A stretch of DNA of 64,000 nt. It comes from Spirochaetota bacterium. GTDB taxonomy: Bacteria > Spirochaetota > GWE2-31-10 > MWDO01. The position numbers and the translations under genes were made by a program. Positions 18,263 to 28,732 of the stretch are shown here, in pieces. The DNA lies in assembly GCA_031549085.1 (NCBI GenBank), contig JAVBQL010000020.1:1163-65162 (forward strand). The letters are read 5' to 3'. Under the pieces are notes generated by a model. It saw only the letters and a list, made by a program, of their open reading frames with translations, made no database searches and was not told the origin of the DNA. Each line of letters opens with the position of its first letter. Positions within the stretch are counted from its first letter, which is position 1.

Positions 18263-19199
18263 GATATTCCCTCTAGTTTTTAATATTTTTATCCCATTTT
18301 TTTTAAAACAACCTTGTCAAACAATTGACCCTCCTCCCTTAATAGGGCATTGTTTAATAACTTGACTAAAGTTTGCTAAGTTTAAAATATTTTTACTGAA
18401 ATTGGCTAAAAGAGGAGTCTATTATAATTAAATAATAAAATCTCTTTCATAAAGTAAAAAATATTTTCTTCTAAGAACTAATATAATAGTTAATTCTTAT
18501 GAAAAAGTATTTTTTTAAAACAGAGAGAGCTCAAAGGAATCTTATCAACAATTAAGATAGTTTCCACTATAACAACTGCTCTTTAAGCAAGGTATGAACT
18601 TTGTCCTTAAACTAGAAAGAGCAAAGTTATGAACAAGAGAAAATAGTACTTAAAATCTCTCTTTATGAAAGTTTAAGTATAAAAAACTATATCTAAAATA
18701 ATATATTCACTATTTTAAAGGAGCAAACACTCTATTAAAACATCAAAAATTAGTTTTTTCATATTTGGATTTAAAGCTGCTTTTTTTTAAAAAAGACACC
18801 TGCTAATCCATCTCTCTTAAGCCTAATATTTTCTAATCTTATTTACTAAATATAAAGTAGTAAAAAACAAATTAGAATATACCCTGCAACTATCAAATAA
18901 AATAAATTGCACATTTAAACGATACAAATTATTTATTAAATAATTACACTATACATACAAAATCAATAACATTATACTCTAGTTTAATAATATTTTTGGG
19001 AAGAATCAATAGTTTTTTAAAAAAAAGTGATAAAAAAATAAGATTTTTTGCTATATTTAATCTAAAAAGAAAAAAAATAATAATTTTTTATAACTAAGTC
19101 TATATTTTAATTAGAAATAGTATAATTAAAGAGAAATTTAATTAACAAATAGAGATCTTGTATGTGAAACAAATGGTTATTTTTAGCTGTTTAATTAGA

Positions 19200-21806
19200 T
19201 TATGGAGCTTGTTCTACCATATTTATTCTGATTGTTGATATTCTATTGTTGTTTGTATCAGTAATATAGAGTGCTCTCTCAAAATCGACAGCCATCGCTT
19301 CAGGGGTTAAGAGTTCTCCATTGCCGCTTCCAACACTTCCAAAACTTCTAACAAAAGCCAGCTCTTTTGTATATCTTGAGAAGACCTGTACTCTAGAGCT
19401 TTTTCTCTCTAGTGTGTATATATAATTTTTATCCACATATATCCCAACAATATCTTCAAACTCGCCAGGATTAGCTCCCTCTCTTCCAAAACGAGAGTCA
19501 AACGCGAGAGTTTTTCTATCAAATATCTCTATCCTATTGTTACCTGTATTTGCGATATATATCTTATCTCTATCAGCATAGACCCCCTCTGGCTTATGGA
19601 GAGTTCCATCAACAAATCCATCCTCTCCAAAAACATTTAGGAAGTTTCCATCGAGATCAAAGATTTGAATCCTATGATTATTTGTATCTGCAACAATTAT
19701 ATTCTCCTCATCTGCAAATACTCCCATAGGGAATCGAAACTTGCCCTCTCTTGTCCCCTCACTGCCAAACTCCAGTGTTGATGCTCCAAGTCTATTAAAG
19801 ACAACAATTCGGCTATTATTGGTATCTGCAACATATAGGGAGTCTTTTGTCTTAAATAGGGCTGTTGGATTAAAGAGCTGACCAAGTGCAACTCCAGACT
19901 TTCCATCAAACATAGTTACAAAGTTTCCATTTTTATCTAGCACCTGAATTCTGTTGTTTCCACTATCAGCTATATAGATCAAAGAGCGATCTACAGCTAT
20001 ACCTTTAGGCATATTAAACTCTTTTGGTTCTGGCTTTCTTGAACCAAATGTTGAAACAAAAGCACCTGTATTAGAATTAAATATTGATATCCGGTTGTTC
20101 TCTGTGTCAGCAACATAGAAGTTGTTTTTATCTATTGTGATACCCTTAGGATATGCAAATTGCTCATCATCATCACCTCTCTCTCCAAGCTTCCCCGCAA
20201 AGTTGAATGGAGGCTCTTTATTGAATATTGTTATTCTGCTATTACCATAATCAACTACATATAGATATTGAACTCCAGCAACGAGCCCCTCTGGGTAGTA
20301 GAATTGTCCATCTCCACCGCCTTGAGAACCAATAGATGCTATTTTACCATGATCAAGCTCTTTTTTATCAAATATCTGAACTCTATGATTTCCACTGTCA
20401 GAAACATATAGATATTTATCATCAATAGCTATTTCACGTGGGTTATAAAAGTATCCTGTTTTACGTCCCTTGCTGCCAAAAAAAGTTACATACTCATAAG
20501 TTTTTTTATCAATTATCTGCACTCTGCTATTGCCTGTCTCTATTATATATAGGTTCTTCTCATCTACAGCTATACCTCTTGGGTTATTGAAGTAGCCCTC
20601 CATAAAAGTTTCAGTAATAGAGCCTATCGTTTTTACAAATTTTCCATTTTTTTCAAAAATTTGAATCCTATTATTATCAGAGTCAGCAATATATATAAAC
20701 CTCTCATCTATATTTATTCCTTTTGGTCCATTAAATTTGCCATCAACAGTTCCCCACCCTCCAAAGTTATAGAGGAACTTATTATCTGTCTTTCTAAATA
20801 CCTGTACCATATTATTATCTGTATCAAGAACATATATATTTTTATCATCTACACTTACAGAGTATGGTTTGTTAAGTCTCCCCTCTCCACTGCTTCCAAT
20901 ATTACTTATAAAAGAGAATCTTGGCACTTTGGGAGGCTCAACATATATTACATAGTTTGTGACAGCACCATCAAAATTGGTGTATAATATTTGTCTTAAG
21001 GTCGGATCTCGATTATAGATAAAGTCAACTTTTATATTTCCAAATTCAGATGAAACTTCAACTCTATTTCTACTGGAAGAGACCTCCTCCAACCCTTTTG
21101 GAAAAGCTTCAATATCTCCCTTTCCATCAGCATAAAAAATCTTTCCATCTCTTATAATTAAGGCTTTCTTATTTTGACTATTTGCTCTTGCATAGATTCC
21201 ATTCCACTCTGCTGGAACTGTGGGAACAATTATTACTCTTTCAGGTGGCCCCTGTTCTATTGGCAAATTAGTGCTGCCCTCTGGAGAGACAATTAAACTG
21301 CCATCTTCAGGTTTTGCTTGTTCGCCCCCCAATATTTCCGCCGGTATCCCCTTAAGAACATCAAGTCCATATAATTTTACGGTTGTTGTGGTCGTTGATG
21401 ATGTTGTTGTGGTTGTTCCAAGAGTTGACAAGTCTACATATGGTCTATATTTCAAAATTAGTGTTTTAGTGGAAGATGAGTAGAGAATAGAGCCATCTGC
21501 AAGTTTTGAAAATGAATATTCAACGCTATCCTCTTTTACGATAGCTCTGTCTGAATAGTAGTATGCTTTGCTTCTCTTTTCCATAAATTTAGCAGGGAAT
21601 AGCTCATCTCCAGTAATGGCAGAAAATATTTTGCCATCTCTTATATCCAATACTGCAAGTTCTGGCGAAGACTCTATCGAATATTTTCCATTCCAACTCT
21701 CTGGGATTCCATCTAACTCACCTAAATCACTCTTCATACAGCTGCAAGAGGAGAGTAAATAAAATAGAACAATAAGAAAAACTACTTTGCCTAATCCTAT
21801 TTTCAC
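19200..21806 (-). CDS. NHL-repeat (beta-propeller) lipoprotein
   Basis: About 14 NHL units (NNRIQIFD/NSRVQIID/NHRVQIFD...). Start moved to GTG 21806 (MKIGLGKVVFLIVLFYLLSSC, lipobox LSSC); the track start 21935 adds 43 non-signal residues. The N-terminal module is duplicated and followed by a poly-Thr/Ser linker. Confidence 0.85.
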   Translation of the reverse strand: MKIGLGKVVFLIVLFYLLSSCSCMKSDLGELDGIPESWNGKYSIESSPELAVLDIRDGKIFSAITGDELFPAKFMEKRSKAYYYSDRAIVKEDSVEYSFSKLADGSILYSSSTKTLILKYRPYVDLSTLGTTTTTSSTTTTTVKLYGLDVLKGIPAEILGGEQAKPEDGSLIVSPEGSTNLPIEQGPPERVIIVPTVPAEWNGIYARANSQNKKALIIRDGKIFYADGKGDIEAFPKGLEEVSSSRNRVEVSSEFGNIKVDFIYNRDPTLRQILYTNFDGAVTNYVIYVEPPKVPRFSFISNIGSSGEGRLNKPYSVSVDDKNIYVLDTDNNMVQVFRKTDNKFLYNFGGWGTVDGKFNGPKGINIDERFIYIADSDNNRIQIFEKNGKFVKTIGSITETFMEGYFNNPRGIAVDEKNLYIIETGNSRVQIIDKKTYEYVTFFGSKGRKTGYFYNPREIAIDDKYLYVSDSGNHRVQIFDKKELDHGKIASIGSQGGGDGQFYYPEGLVAGVQYLYVVDYGNSRITIFNKEPPFNFAGKLGERGDDDEQFAYPKGITIDKNNFYVADTENNRISIFNSNTGAFVSTFGSRKPEPKEFNMPKGIAVDRSLIYIADSGNNRIQVLDKNGNFVTMFDGKSGVALGQLFNPTALFKTKDSLYVADTNNSRIVVFNRLGASTLEFGSEGTREGKFRFPMGVFADEENIIVADTNNHRIQIFDLDGNFLNVFGEDGFVDGTLHKPEGVYADRDKIYIANTGNNRIEIFDRKTLAFDSRFGREGANPGEFEDIVGIYVDKNYIYTLERKSSRVQVFSRYTKELAFVRSFGSVGSGNGELLTPEAMAVDFERALYITDTNNNRISTIRINMVEQAP

Positions 21807-21973
21807 CTTTAGACAACCCTTAATTATATAATTTAAAGTTAACTCTTTTTCAAAAAAAATAGTTCTAAAAACAAAAAAAACAAACAGTAATTTATGGACT
21901 GTTTTTATAACTATTCTCTTTAAAATGAACCTCACTATTTTATTAAATATGATTTGGCATTATATCATAAAAA

Positions 21974-22948
21974 CTAATTCGCTTCCACTAATTTTCCATC
22001 ACTATCATACTCTAGGTAGTAATTTGCAACAATTTTTTCACCATTTTTCGATATTTCTACTCCACTCTTACCATCTAAAAAAACACTTTTCATCTTCCCA
22101 TTTTCATGGTAGTCAACAAGTGTGGCATCACTTATAGTTGCTCCATCAGGGGTCGCTATATTTGAGTTGTTTGCCAATAAAATATGTACTAAATTATTCT
22201 CGTCAAACCTTATCAGGCTGACCATTGCCCTCTGTTTATCTGGAAGGTTTATCTCAGTAATTGGGGTTACAACCTCCCTAATTGTTCCATTATCATTATA
22301 GAAAACGATCTCCCCAGCGACCTTCTCACCATTTGGCATTGTGACCTTCTCTCCTCTAAAAAGCCAAGCTCTATCTATATTTCCATTCTCATTAAACCTA
22401 ACTTCAGAAGAGAGAAGCCACTCGCCATTTGGCATAACTGTCTTTTGATTGGCCAATGGAAAAATAGACTCAATTTTTGTATCTTCATAGTAGGATATTG
22501 CATATATCTTCGAATTTTGTCCATCTGGAAGAGTAAGAGAGAAGCCTTCATTTGAAGCAATTAACTTTTTTAATGCTCCATTAAAGTGATATGCAACCTC
22601 TATAACATTATCCAGCTTTTGCATTGTATGTATCTCAATTTTTGATTTACTATCTCTATTTATAAATGCCTCTTTAATATTTCCATTGTCATAGTATGAG
22701 ATATAGTCAATTCCTGCCTTGTTTTTATCAGGAAAAGTTACAGTAACCTTCTCCTCTTTAGGAATAACTACTGATTTTAAAACCCCTCTTCCATAATATA
22801 CAATATTGGTAGCCAAAACTTTTTGTCCATCTGGAAGTGTTACCTCTTGATAAGGAGAATTTTCCTCAATTTTTACCTCTGTCTTCTCTGTAGTTTTACA
22901 CCCTACAAAAAGTAATATAAATAGCAAGCAAACAATAACATTTCTCAT
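21974..22948 (-). CDS. Lipoprotein of the LPxGQ...FYxNGxI repeat family
   Basis: Lipobox LLFVGC. Repeats include VTLPDGQKVLATNIVYYGRGVLKSV, LTLPDGQNSKIYAISYYEDTKIESI and VTMPNGEKVAGEIVFYNDNGTIREV. Confidence 0.85.
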   Translation of the reverse strand: MRNVIVCLLFILLFVGCKTTEKTEVKIEENSPYQEVTLPDGQKVLATNIVYYGRGVLKSVVIPKEEKVTVTFPDKNKAGIDYISYYDNGNIKEAFINRDSKSKIEIHTMQKLDNVIEVAYHFNGALKKLIASNEGFSLTLPDGQNSKIYAISYYEDTKIESIFPLANQKTVMPNGEWLLSSEVRFNENGNIDRAWLFRGEKVTMPNGEKVAGEIVFYNDNGTIREVVTPITEINLPDKQRAMVSLIRFDENNLVHILLANNSNIATPDGATISDATLVDYHENGKMKSVFLDGKSGVEISKNGEKIVANYYLEYDSDGKLVEAN

Positions 22949-23577
22949 ACTAATTCCTCTATAAATAAGGGTTTGTTAAAAAAAACATCTCTATATTTTC
23001 GTATATAATCACTTAAAATCTTTAATTATTTAAAACTTATTAACTAATAAGTTCTACTCTCTCTCTATGTTTATTAATGTTTTTTTAGAATTGTTTTCTT
23101 TTAAAAAAGTCATTTGTCTATAATAAAGAATATATGTTTATTTTGTTATAAAAACAATACTCTAAAAATAATATATATATTGTTGCTATTATTTGTAAAT
23201 AATTATTTTTTATATAAAAAAAGATTGATTTTTATATACAAAAATGATACTATTTTTTAAAAATAAAAGTAAAATAGGCTTGATTTAGTAGATAAAAATT
23301 ACTAAATTAAGTTTAAGAATAGTTATAAAACTTATTATTTATCTTAAATTGTCTAACCACCATACAGTTTAAGATGGGTGAGTTTTTTATATAGTTGGTC
23401 TTCATTATTATTCCTTATGAAGCATAATGAATTGAATCAATAATATTTTAATTAATAATGTTTGTTTTGTTAAATGATTTACTAAAATTAACTTTGGTTA
23501 GAATATTGTTGGTTTGAGATTATGCTTCTTATATTTTTATGGTATACATTTTTCTTAAATATAGAAAAATAAGACCA

Positions 23578-23676
23578 AATAAGCAAGCCCACAATTGGCA
23601 ATTGTTAAGTATGCTCTTTTGTATACAAATAGAGTATACTAACTTTTAAAATGTCCTATTGTGGGTTTGTTTATTT
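23578..23676 (+). repeat. ~100-nt extended double hairpin upstream of the DUF2271 gene
   Basis: The outer arms are AAATAAGCAAGCCCACAAT / ATTGTGGGTTTGTTTATTT: 19 bp, with both non-Watson-Crick positions being G.U on the plus strand. An inner imperfect palindrome is centred on GTATAC (23621-26). Confidence 0.55.
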
Positions 23677-23840
23677 CTAAGCCAATATTTTTAAAATAGT
23701 CTTATATAAAAATATTGTTTTTTTATGATAATATTTTATGAATATGTTATACTTTATATAAGTTGAGGGAGAAAAAGAGGGCAATAGAACCTCTATTTAA
23801 CTAACTTATTGGTGTTAGCAAATAAAAAGGAGGAATAGTA

Positions 23841-24404
23841 ATGAAGAAAAAAATCTTAACTATTCTCATGACTCTAACTATTTTATTATCTGTAAATGCA
23901 ACAGACAATAATCAAAAGAGTGAAGGTGGTGGGGACTTAACTCTACAGTATGATCTCTATAGAATAAATAAGATGGGAAGCAATCAAATTGCTATCTGGG
24001 TAGAAGATACAAATGGAAACTATATCAACACGATATATGCAACAAGGTTTACAGCAAAAGGTGGCTATGCCAAGAGAGCAACATCACTTCCAACATGGGT
24101 TAAACAATCAAAAGTAGATAAGATGACAAAACAAGAGGTTGATACAATATCCAAAGCTACCAAAAAAGCTGGAAAAATTACAATAAACTGGAGCTGTGTT
24201 AACAACAAGGGAGAAAAACTTCCAAAGGGTGACTACATATTGAAAATAGAAGGAAATATATATCAAGATAATATGATTATGTATAGCGGACAATTTGAGG
24301 TTGGTGGGGATAATATAACTGTTGCCCTATCTCCAACCTACTCATCAGAGAGTGCAAAAGATTTTAAACTAATAGAAAATGTTACAATCAGTTATTCAAA
24401 ATAG
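23841..24404 (+). CDS. Secreted DUF2271-like protein
   Basis: Signal peptide. NQIAIWVEDTNGNYINTIYATRFTAKGGYAKRATSLPTWV resembles the DUF2271 core (qlAvWiED...). SD AAAGGAGG. Confidence 0.6.
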   Translation: MKKKILTILMTLTILLSVNATDNNQKSEGGGDLTLQYDLYRINKMGSNQIAIWVEDTNGNYINTIYATRFTAKGGYAKRATSLPTWVKQSKVDKMTKQEVDTISKATKKAGKITINWSCVNNKGEKLPKGDYILKIEGNIYQDNMIMYSGQFEVGGDNITVALSPTYSSESAKDFKLIENVTISYSK

Positions 24405-24412
24405 GTAATAAT

Positions 24413-24447
24413 AAAAAACTCTCTTTTATGAAAGAGAGTTTTTTTAG
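24413..24447. terminator. Bidirectional terminator between 23841..24404 (+) and 24457..25599 (-)
   Basis: ACTCTCTTT-TATG-AAAGAGAGT, flanked by A5 upstream and T6 downstream. Confidence 0.7.
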
Positions 24448-24456
24448 TTTTAAATA

Positions 24457-25599
24457 TTAGTTCTTAATTTGAATTTTATAGACAGCAACCTCTTTCTCTA
24501 CAATAGAGAGTCTGCCATTTTTATCGAAGTTCTTCTCAAGCTTAACGAAGACACCATTATAGCTTGCCAAAGCAACCCCATCAACAAAATCTTCTAGATC
24601 TTTATATTTAGGTGATACAACCTCAACACCCTTCTTGTTAACAAAACCATACTTCCCATCTATCGCCACAACAGCAAATCCATCATGGAAGTTTTTAGTC
24701 ATATCATATTTTACAGGTGTAATTCTCTCACCTGTACTAGAGATATATCCCCATTTGCTGTTTAATCTTACAGAGAGAACATTTTCTCCTGCAAACTCTA
24801 TTTGATCATATGTTAATGGAACAACCTCTATTCCACTTGTATTTATAAGTCCCCATTTTGAATCCAACATAACAGGGGCAACTCCATCAACAAAGCTCCA
24901 TATTTCACTATACCTCGGGATAACGATCTCAACACCTTTATTATTAATAATTCCATATTTCTGTTTACTGTCTTGATCTTCAACACTAACTTTTGCAGCA
25001 CCATTAATAAAACCATTGATCTCGTCATATTTAACTGCGGTAAGCTGTTTTCCTGTGTCGTCAATAAGCCCCCACTTATTTTTTATTCTAACCATAGCAA
25101 CACCATCAACAAAGTCTGTAACATAATCGTACTTTGGAGGAATAATCTCTTTACCTTCTCTGTCAATATATCCCATTTTATAATTCAAATTGACCAATGC
25201 CAAACCATTATCGCCAAACTCATAGACCTTATTATATTTAGCAGGGACAACCTCTTTCCCTGCAGGATTTATCAAGCCATATTTTCCTTTATAGCCTCCA
25301 TATTTAAATAGAGCCAAGCCATCTACAAAGCTATATATAAAATCATACTTGACCTCTGCAATCTCTTTTCCTGTCTCATCAACTAAACCATATAAGTTGT
25401 TTCCATCCTTGCCACGAATAGCAACTATAGCGGCACCATCTTTAAAATTGGAGATATCGCTATATTTTGCACTAACTACGGTTTTGCCGCTTTGATCTTT
25501 CAGTCCATACTTGCCACCACTGTGAAACTTAGTAAGTTCATCAGAGTAGACAAATTGGATAGAAACGAGCATCATGAAAATTACCATTTTTTTTATCAT
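24457..25599 (-). CDS. Secreted WG-repeat protein
   Basis: Start set at the ATG 6 nt after AGGAG (MIKKMVIFMMLVSIQFVYS signal peptide). It has 10 or more WG units (KYGLKDQSGKTVVSAKYSDISNFKDGAAIV, KWGLIDDTGKQLTAVKYDEINGFINGAAKV). Confidence 0.85.
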   Translation of the reverse strand: MIKKMVIFMMLVSIQFVYSDELTKFHSGGKYGLKDQSGKTVVSAKYSDISNFKDGAAIVAIRGKDGNNLYGLVDETGKEIAEVKYDFIYSFVDGLALFKYGGYKGKYGLINPAGKEVVPAKYNKVYEFGDNGLALVNLNYKMGYIDREGKEIIPPKYDYVTDFVDGVAMVRIKNKWGLIDDTGKQLTAVKYDEINGFINGAAKVSVEDQDSKQKYGIINNKGVEIVIPRYSEIWSFVDGVAPVMLDSKWGLINTSGIEVVPLTYDQIEFAGENVLSVRLNSKWGYISSTGERITPVKYDMTKNFHDGFAVVAIDGKYGFVNKKGVEVVSPKYKDLEDFVDGVALASYNGVFVKLEKNFDKNGRLSIVEKEVAVYKIQIKN

Positions 25600-25932
25600 T
25601 TTCATCTCCTTTTTAACCTTAACTTCTACTCTATTATTATAGAAGATAAGATTCAAAAACCTCCTAACAACCTATTTTGAATATAAAAACCTAAAATGTT
25701 ACACAAAATTTAATTTAAAAACTAAGATAAGTCAATATTTGGAGGAGTATATTTTTATAGTTTTTTTCTAAAATAGAAATATTATACATAGACAAAAGTT
25801 ATAATAACATATCTCTACCTATAATATATTAAGATTCGGTTAATCCATAAATAAAAGTTGATATTTATACATAAAAATATTCTTAAAAGCCTAATTTTTT
25901 TTATGTTTAGATATAAAAAGTAGTGAAACATA

Positions 25933-28056
25933 TTAGGTTTTAAATTTGTTGGCAATCTGAGATACATTTAAAATATTAACCTTATTCTGTTCTGAAAGTT
26001 TATCAACCTCATTTGCAGAGTGTAAAATCATGCTGCTTCCATCTCTAATTAGATCCATTGAATCTTTAATTGTTGTTGTTAAAGAGTTAAGCTTTGTAAT
26101 TGACTGCGATATTATAATATTATTTGCTGTCATATTTTCTGCTTTATTAAAGACCTCTTCAGCAATTGTTCTTGTCTCTTTTAATATCTGCAAAATTTTT
26201 GTTGTCTCAAGGGATTGATCTTTCATGCTGGATCTTATTGTTCTTGAAACATAGTCAACAGACTCTACTGTACTCATTACAGATACAAAAGCCTGCATTG
26301 TGTCTCCACTAAAATCAACAGCCTCCTTGATCTGATCCTTTATCTCAGTAAGCCACTTTCCAATAAGCTTTGAGTGGGATCTCGTATCTTCAGAGAGTCT
26401 TCTAATCTCATCAGCAACAACAGAGAAGCCAAGCCCAAATTCCCCAGCATGTGCCGCCTCAATGGTTGCATTCATAGATAGAAGGCTTGTTTGGTTTGCG
26501 ATATTTTTAATAAGATTATTTGCATTCATAAGATTTGTAGATTTATCTGAAATATCATTAATTAACTCAACAATCTGATGGAACATTGTCTCTCCATTTT
26601 TTGCAGTACCACGCAACTGATCAAAGCTGCTGACAGATTCACTCTCAAGAAAGCTGGTCATCTCCTGTATTTTTGTAACCATAGATTCAACCAGCTCCGA
26701 TGTCTTTTTGATCTTTTTTGTCTGCGTCTCTATCAAACCATGAAGATCTGTGATCTCCCCCTGAGTCTCAGTTATAACATCAACAACAGAGTCTGTTGTT
26801 ACAACCTGATCTTTTATTCTCTCTTTTGTTAAATCAATTCTTTTATCAATAGTATAGATCTCAACATTTGTTGTAGAGGCAATATCCGAAAGAAGAATTC
26901 CTGATGTCTCAAGCTCCTTCATATTTTGTAATATCAACTCTATCATATGTTTAAAACTATCTATAAATGTATTAAATCTACCCGATGTATCTCCAATCTC
27001 ATCATCATTAGGCTTTACCTCCAGCCTTGGTCTTAAATCGCCCTCTGTCATTTTCGAGATGGTAACAAATATGCTCTTCATTCTTTTGACAACAAACTCA
27101 TTCAAGAGTGAGTAGACCACAATTGCAAGCAGTATAACAGATATTATTGTTACAAAAGTAGTGAAACTTAGAGCATTATATAGATCTGAAGATACAAGTG
27201 CCCCTCTGTCAATAGAGGAGAGCAGATACCAAGGTTTTGATGTCATCTTAACATAGGCAGCAATGTTTGTTACTTTCTTCTTATCTTTTCCATCATTTTC
27301 TGTACTTGTATATTCAAAAACTCCATAGCTGCTGCTTTTTGAACGGCTACTAAAATCATCAAAATATGAATATACATTCTTTATATTGGAAAGAATGTAT
27401 CTAGGATTTTGATGAACAATTATTGTTCCATCACTCTTAAAGAGAGTGATATTTCCCTCATTTTTAAAAAACCTCTTATCAACAACTAAAAAGGTGAGAT
27501 AGTTTGATATATCTATCATTGAAATAAAGTATCCAATGGTTGCATTACTTTTATCTTTTATTGCAACAGCAACTGGAAATACTAAAATATTTTTCTCTCT
27601 CTTTAAAATTTCTATATCAGAATCCCTTGTATATGTAACATTCTTATCAAGAAAAAGCCCCCTCATGTATGGCTTATCTTTGACACTCTCTCCAATCACA
27701 TCTTTATTATCTGAAGCAATAATTATTCCACGTTCACTGGCAAAAGAGATACTATTTATAAACTGATTATCATTAGCGAGTTTTGTTAAATATTTTGTTA
27801 AGGTTTCATTGTTTCTCTGCTCTATTGCATCTATTGTTGTTGATGAGTTTGCCATTAGTATTGTCTGTTTTATAATTGAGTCTATGGCAAAGGTCATATA
27901 TTTTTCCAAATCCATTGTAGATGAGAGTAGAAAGCCCTCCATTTTTTCCCTTACAGGCTTTCTATAGTTGCCATTTATAATAATTATAGAACGAACAACC
28001 ATAATAACAATTATACATATAATTATTGGAATATTTATTTTTGTATTCAGCTTCAT
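25933..28056 (-). CDS. Methyl-accepting chemotaxis protein with ~265-aa periplasmic (Cache-like) sensor, HAMP and MCP signalling domains
   Basis: Two TM helices (residues ~8-30 and ~296-318). Highly conserved MCP hairpin tip: NQTSLLSMNATIEAAHAGEFGLGFSVVADEIRRLSEDT. Confidence 0.9.
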   Translation of the reverse strand: MKLNTKINIPIIICIIVIMVVRSIIIINGNYRKPVREKMEGFLLSSTMDLEKYMTFAIDSIIKQTILMANSSTTIDAIEQRNNETLTKYLTKLANDNQFINSISFASERGIIIASDNKDVIGESVKDKPYMRGLFLDKNVTYTRDSDIEILKREKNILVFPVAVAIKDKSNATIGYFISMIDISNYLTFLVVDKRFFKNEGNITLFKSDGTIIVHQNPRYILSNIKNVYSYFDDFSSRSKSSSYGVFEYTSTENDGKDKKKVTNIAAYVKMTSKPWYLLSSIDRGALVSSDLYNALSFTTFVTIISVILLAIVVYSLLNEFVVKRMKSIFVTISKMTEGDLRPRLEVKPNDDEIGDTSGRFNTFIDSFKHMIELILQNMKELETSGILLSDIASTTNVEIYTIDKRIDLTKERIKDQVVTTDSVVDVITETQGEITDLHGLIETQTKKIKKTSELVESMVTKIQEMTSFLESESVSSFDQLRGTAKNGETMFHQIVELINDISDKSTNLMNANNLIKNIANQTSLLSMNATIEAAHAGEFGLGFSVVADEIRRLSEDTRSHSKLIGKWLTEIKDQIKEAVDFSGDTMQAFVSVMSTVESVDYVSRTIRSSMKDQSLETTKILQILKETRTIAEEVFNKAENMTANNIIISQSITKLNSLTTTIKDSMDLIRDGSSMILHSANEVDKLSEQNKVNILNVSQIANKFKT

Positions 28057-28261
28057 AATTTTAAAATCCTAATTTTCTTTAGTTATTCCATAGATATAAA
28101 AGAGCTCTTATTAAATATGATAAATTATAACATAATAGCCCTCTTTTCTCAAAGAAAAGGTTTTATAAAATCAAGAATAATATTATCTAAAAAAGATGAT
28201 TTGCTATTTATATGATAAATATATTTCAAAATATATCAAAATATGTAATCTAATGAAAGAT

Positions 28262-28358
28262 AAAAAGATCCATAAAACAAATCTGATCTAGCTTAAGCCT
28301 CTCTTTTGAGACAATGAGAAAAAGAGTGCCTAAAGCATAATATTTTATGGATCTTTTT
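28262..28358. repeat. CCATAAA/TTTATGG long-range inverted repeat, copy c
   Basis: A 16-bp perfect repeat, AAAAAGATCCATAAAA (28262-77) / TTTTATGGATCTTTTT (28343-58), with an inner CTCTTT/AAAGAG hairpin. Confidence 0.65.
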
Positions 28359-28519
28359 TAAGGCTCTATAAAATAAAAAGTGATATTATAAAAGCCTTAA
28401 AAAAGATAAAATTTCTTATGTATCTTATTTAAGTATATTTTAAACTACCAAATATTGAATTATGTTCTATAAAAATATTCTAAAGACTATTTTAGACAAT
28501 TGTAATGGTGATGCTCTAT

Positions 28520-28732
28520 CTAATCTTCTTCAATATATACAACATCTATATTTTGATAGATTGTATAAAAGTCCTCTTCTAGAAAATTTAGTAAGTCCAT
28601 CATTAATAGTGCAACAGATTTAACATTATCATCACAAAGATACTCTATATAGCTTTTTGATAGCAGATCAGCAATAGCCTTTGCCTGACCTATCTTTGCT
28701 TTAAAATCATCAGCTGCCTCTAAATACTCCAT
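28520..28732 (-). CDS. Small (70 aa) acidic helical hypothetical protein
   Basis: Start moved to ATG 28732 (MEYLEAADDFKAK) with AAGGAG 8 nt upstream. The track GTG start 28780 lies inside an upstream hairpin arm. Confidence 0.6.
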   Translation of the reverse strand: MEYLEAADDFKAKIGQAKAIADLLSKSYIEYLCDDNVKSVALLMMDLLNFLEEDFYTIYQNIDVVYIEED

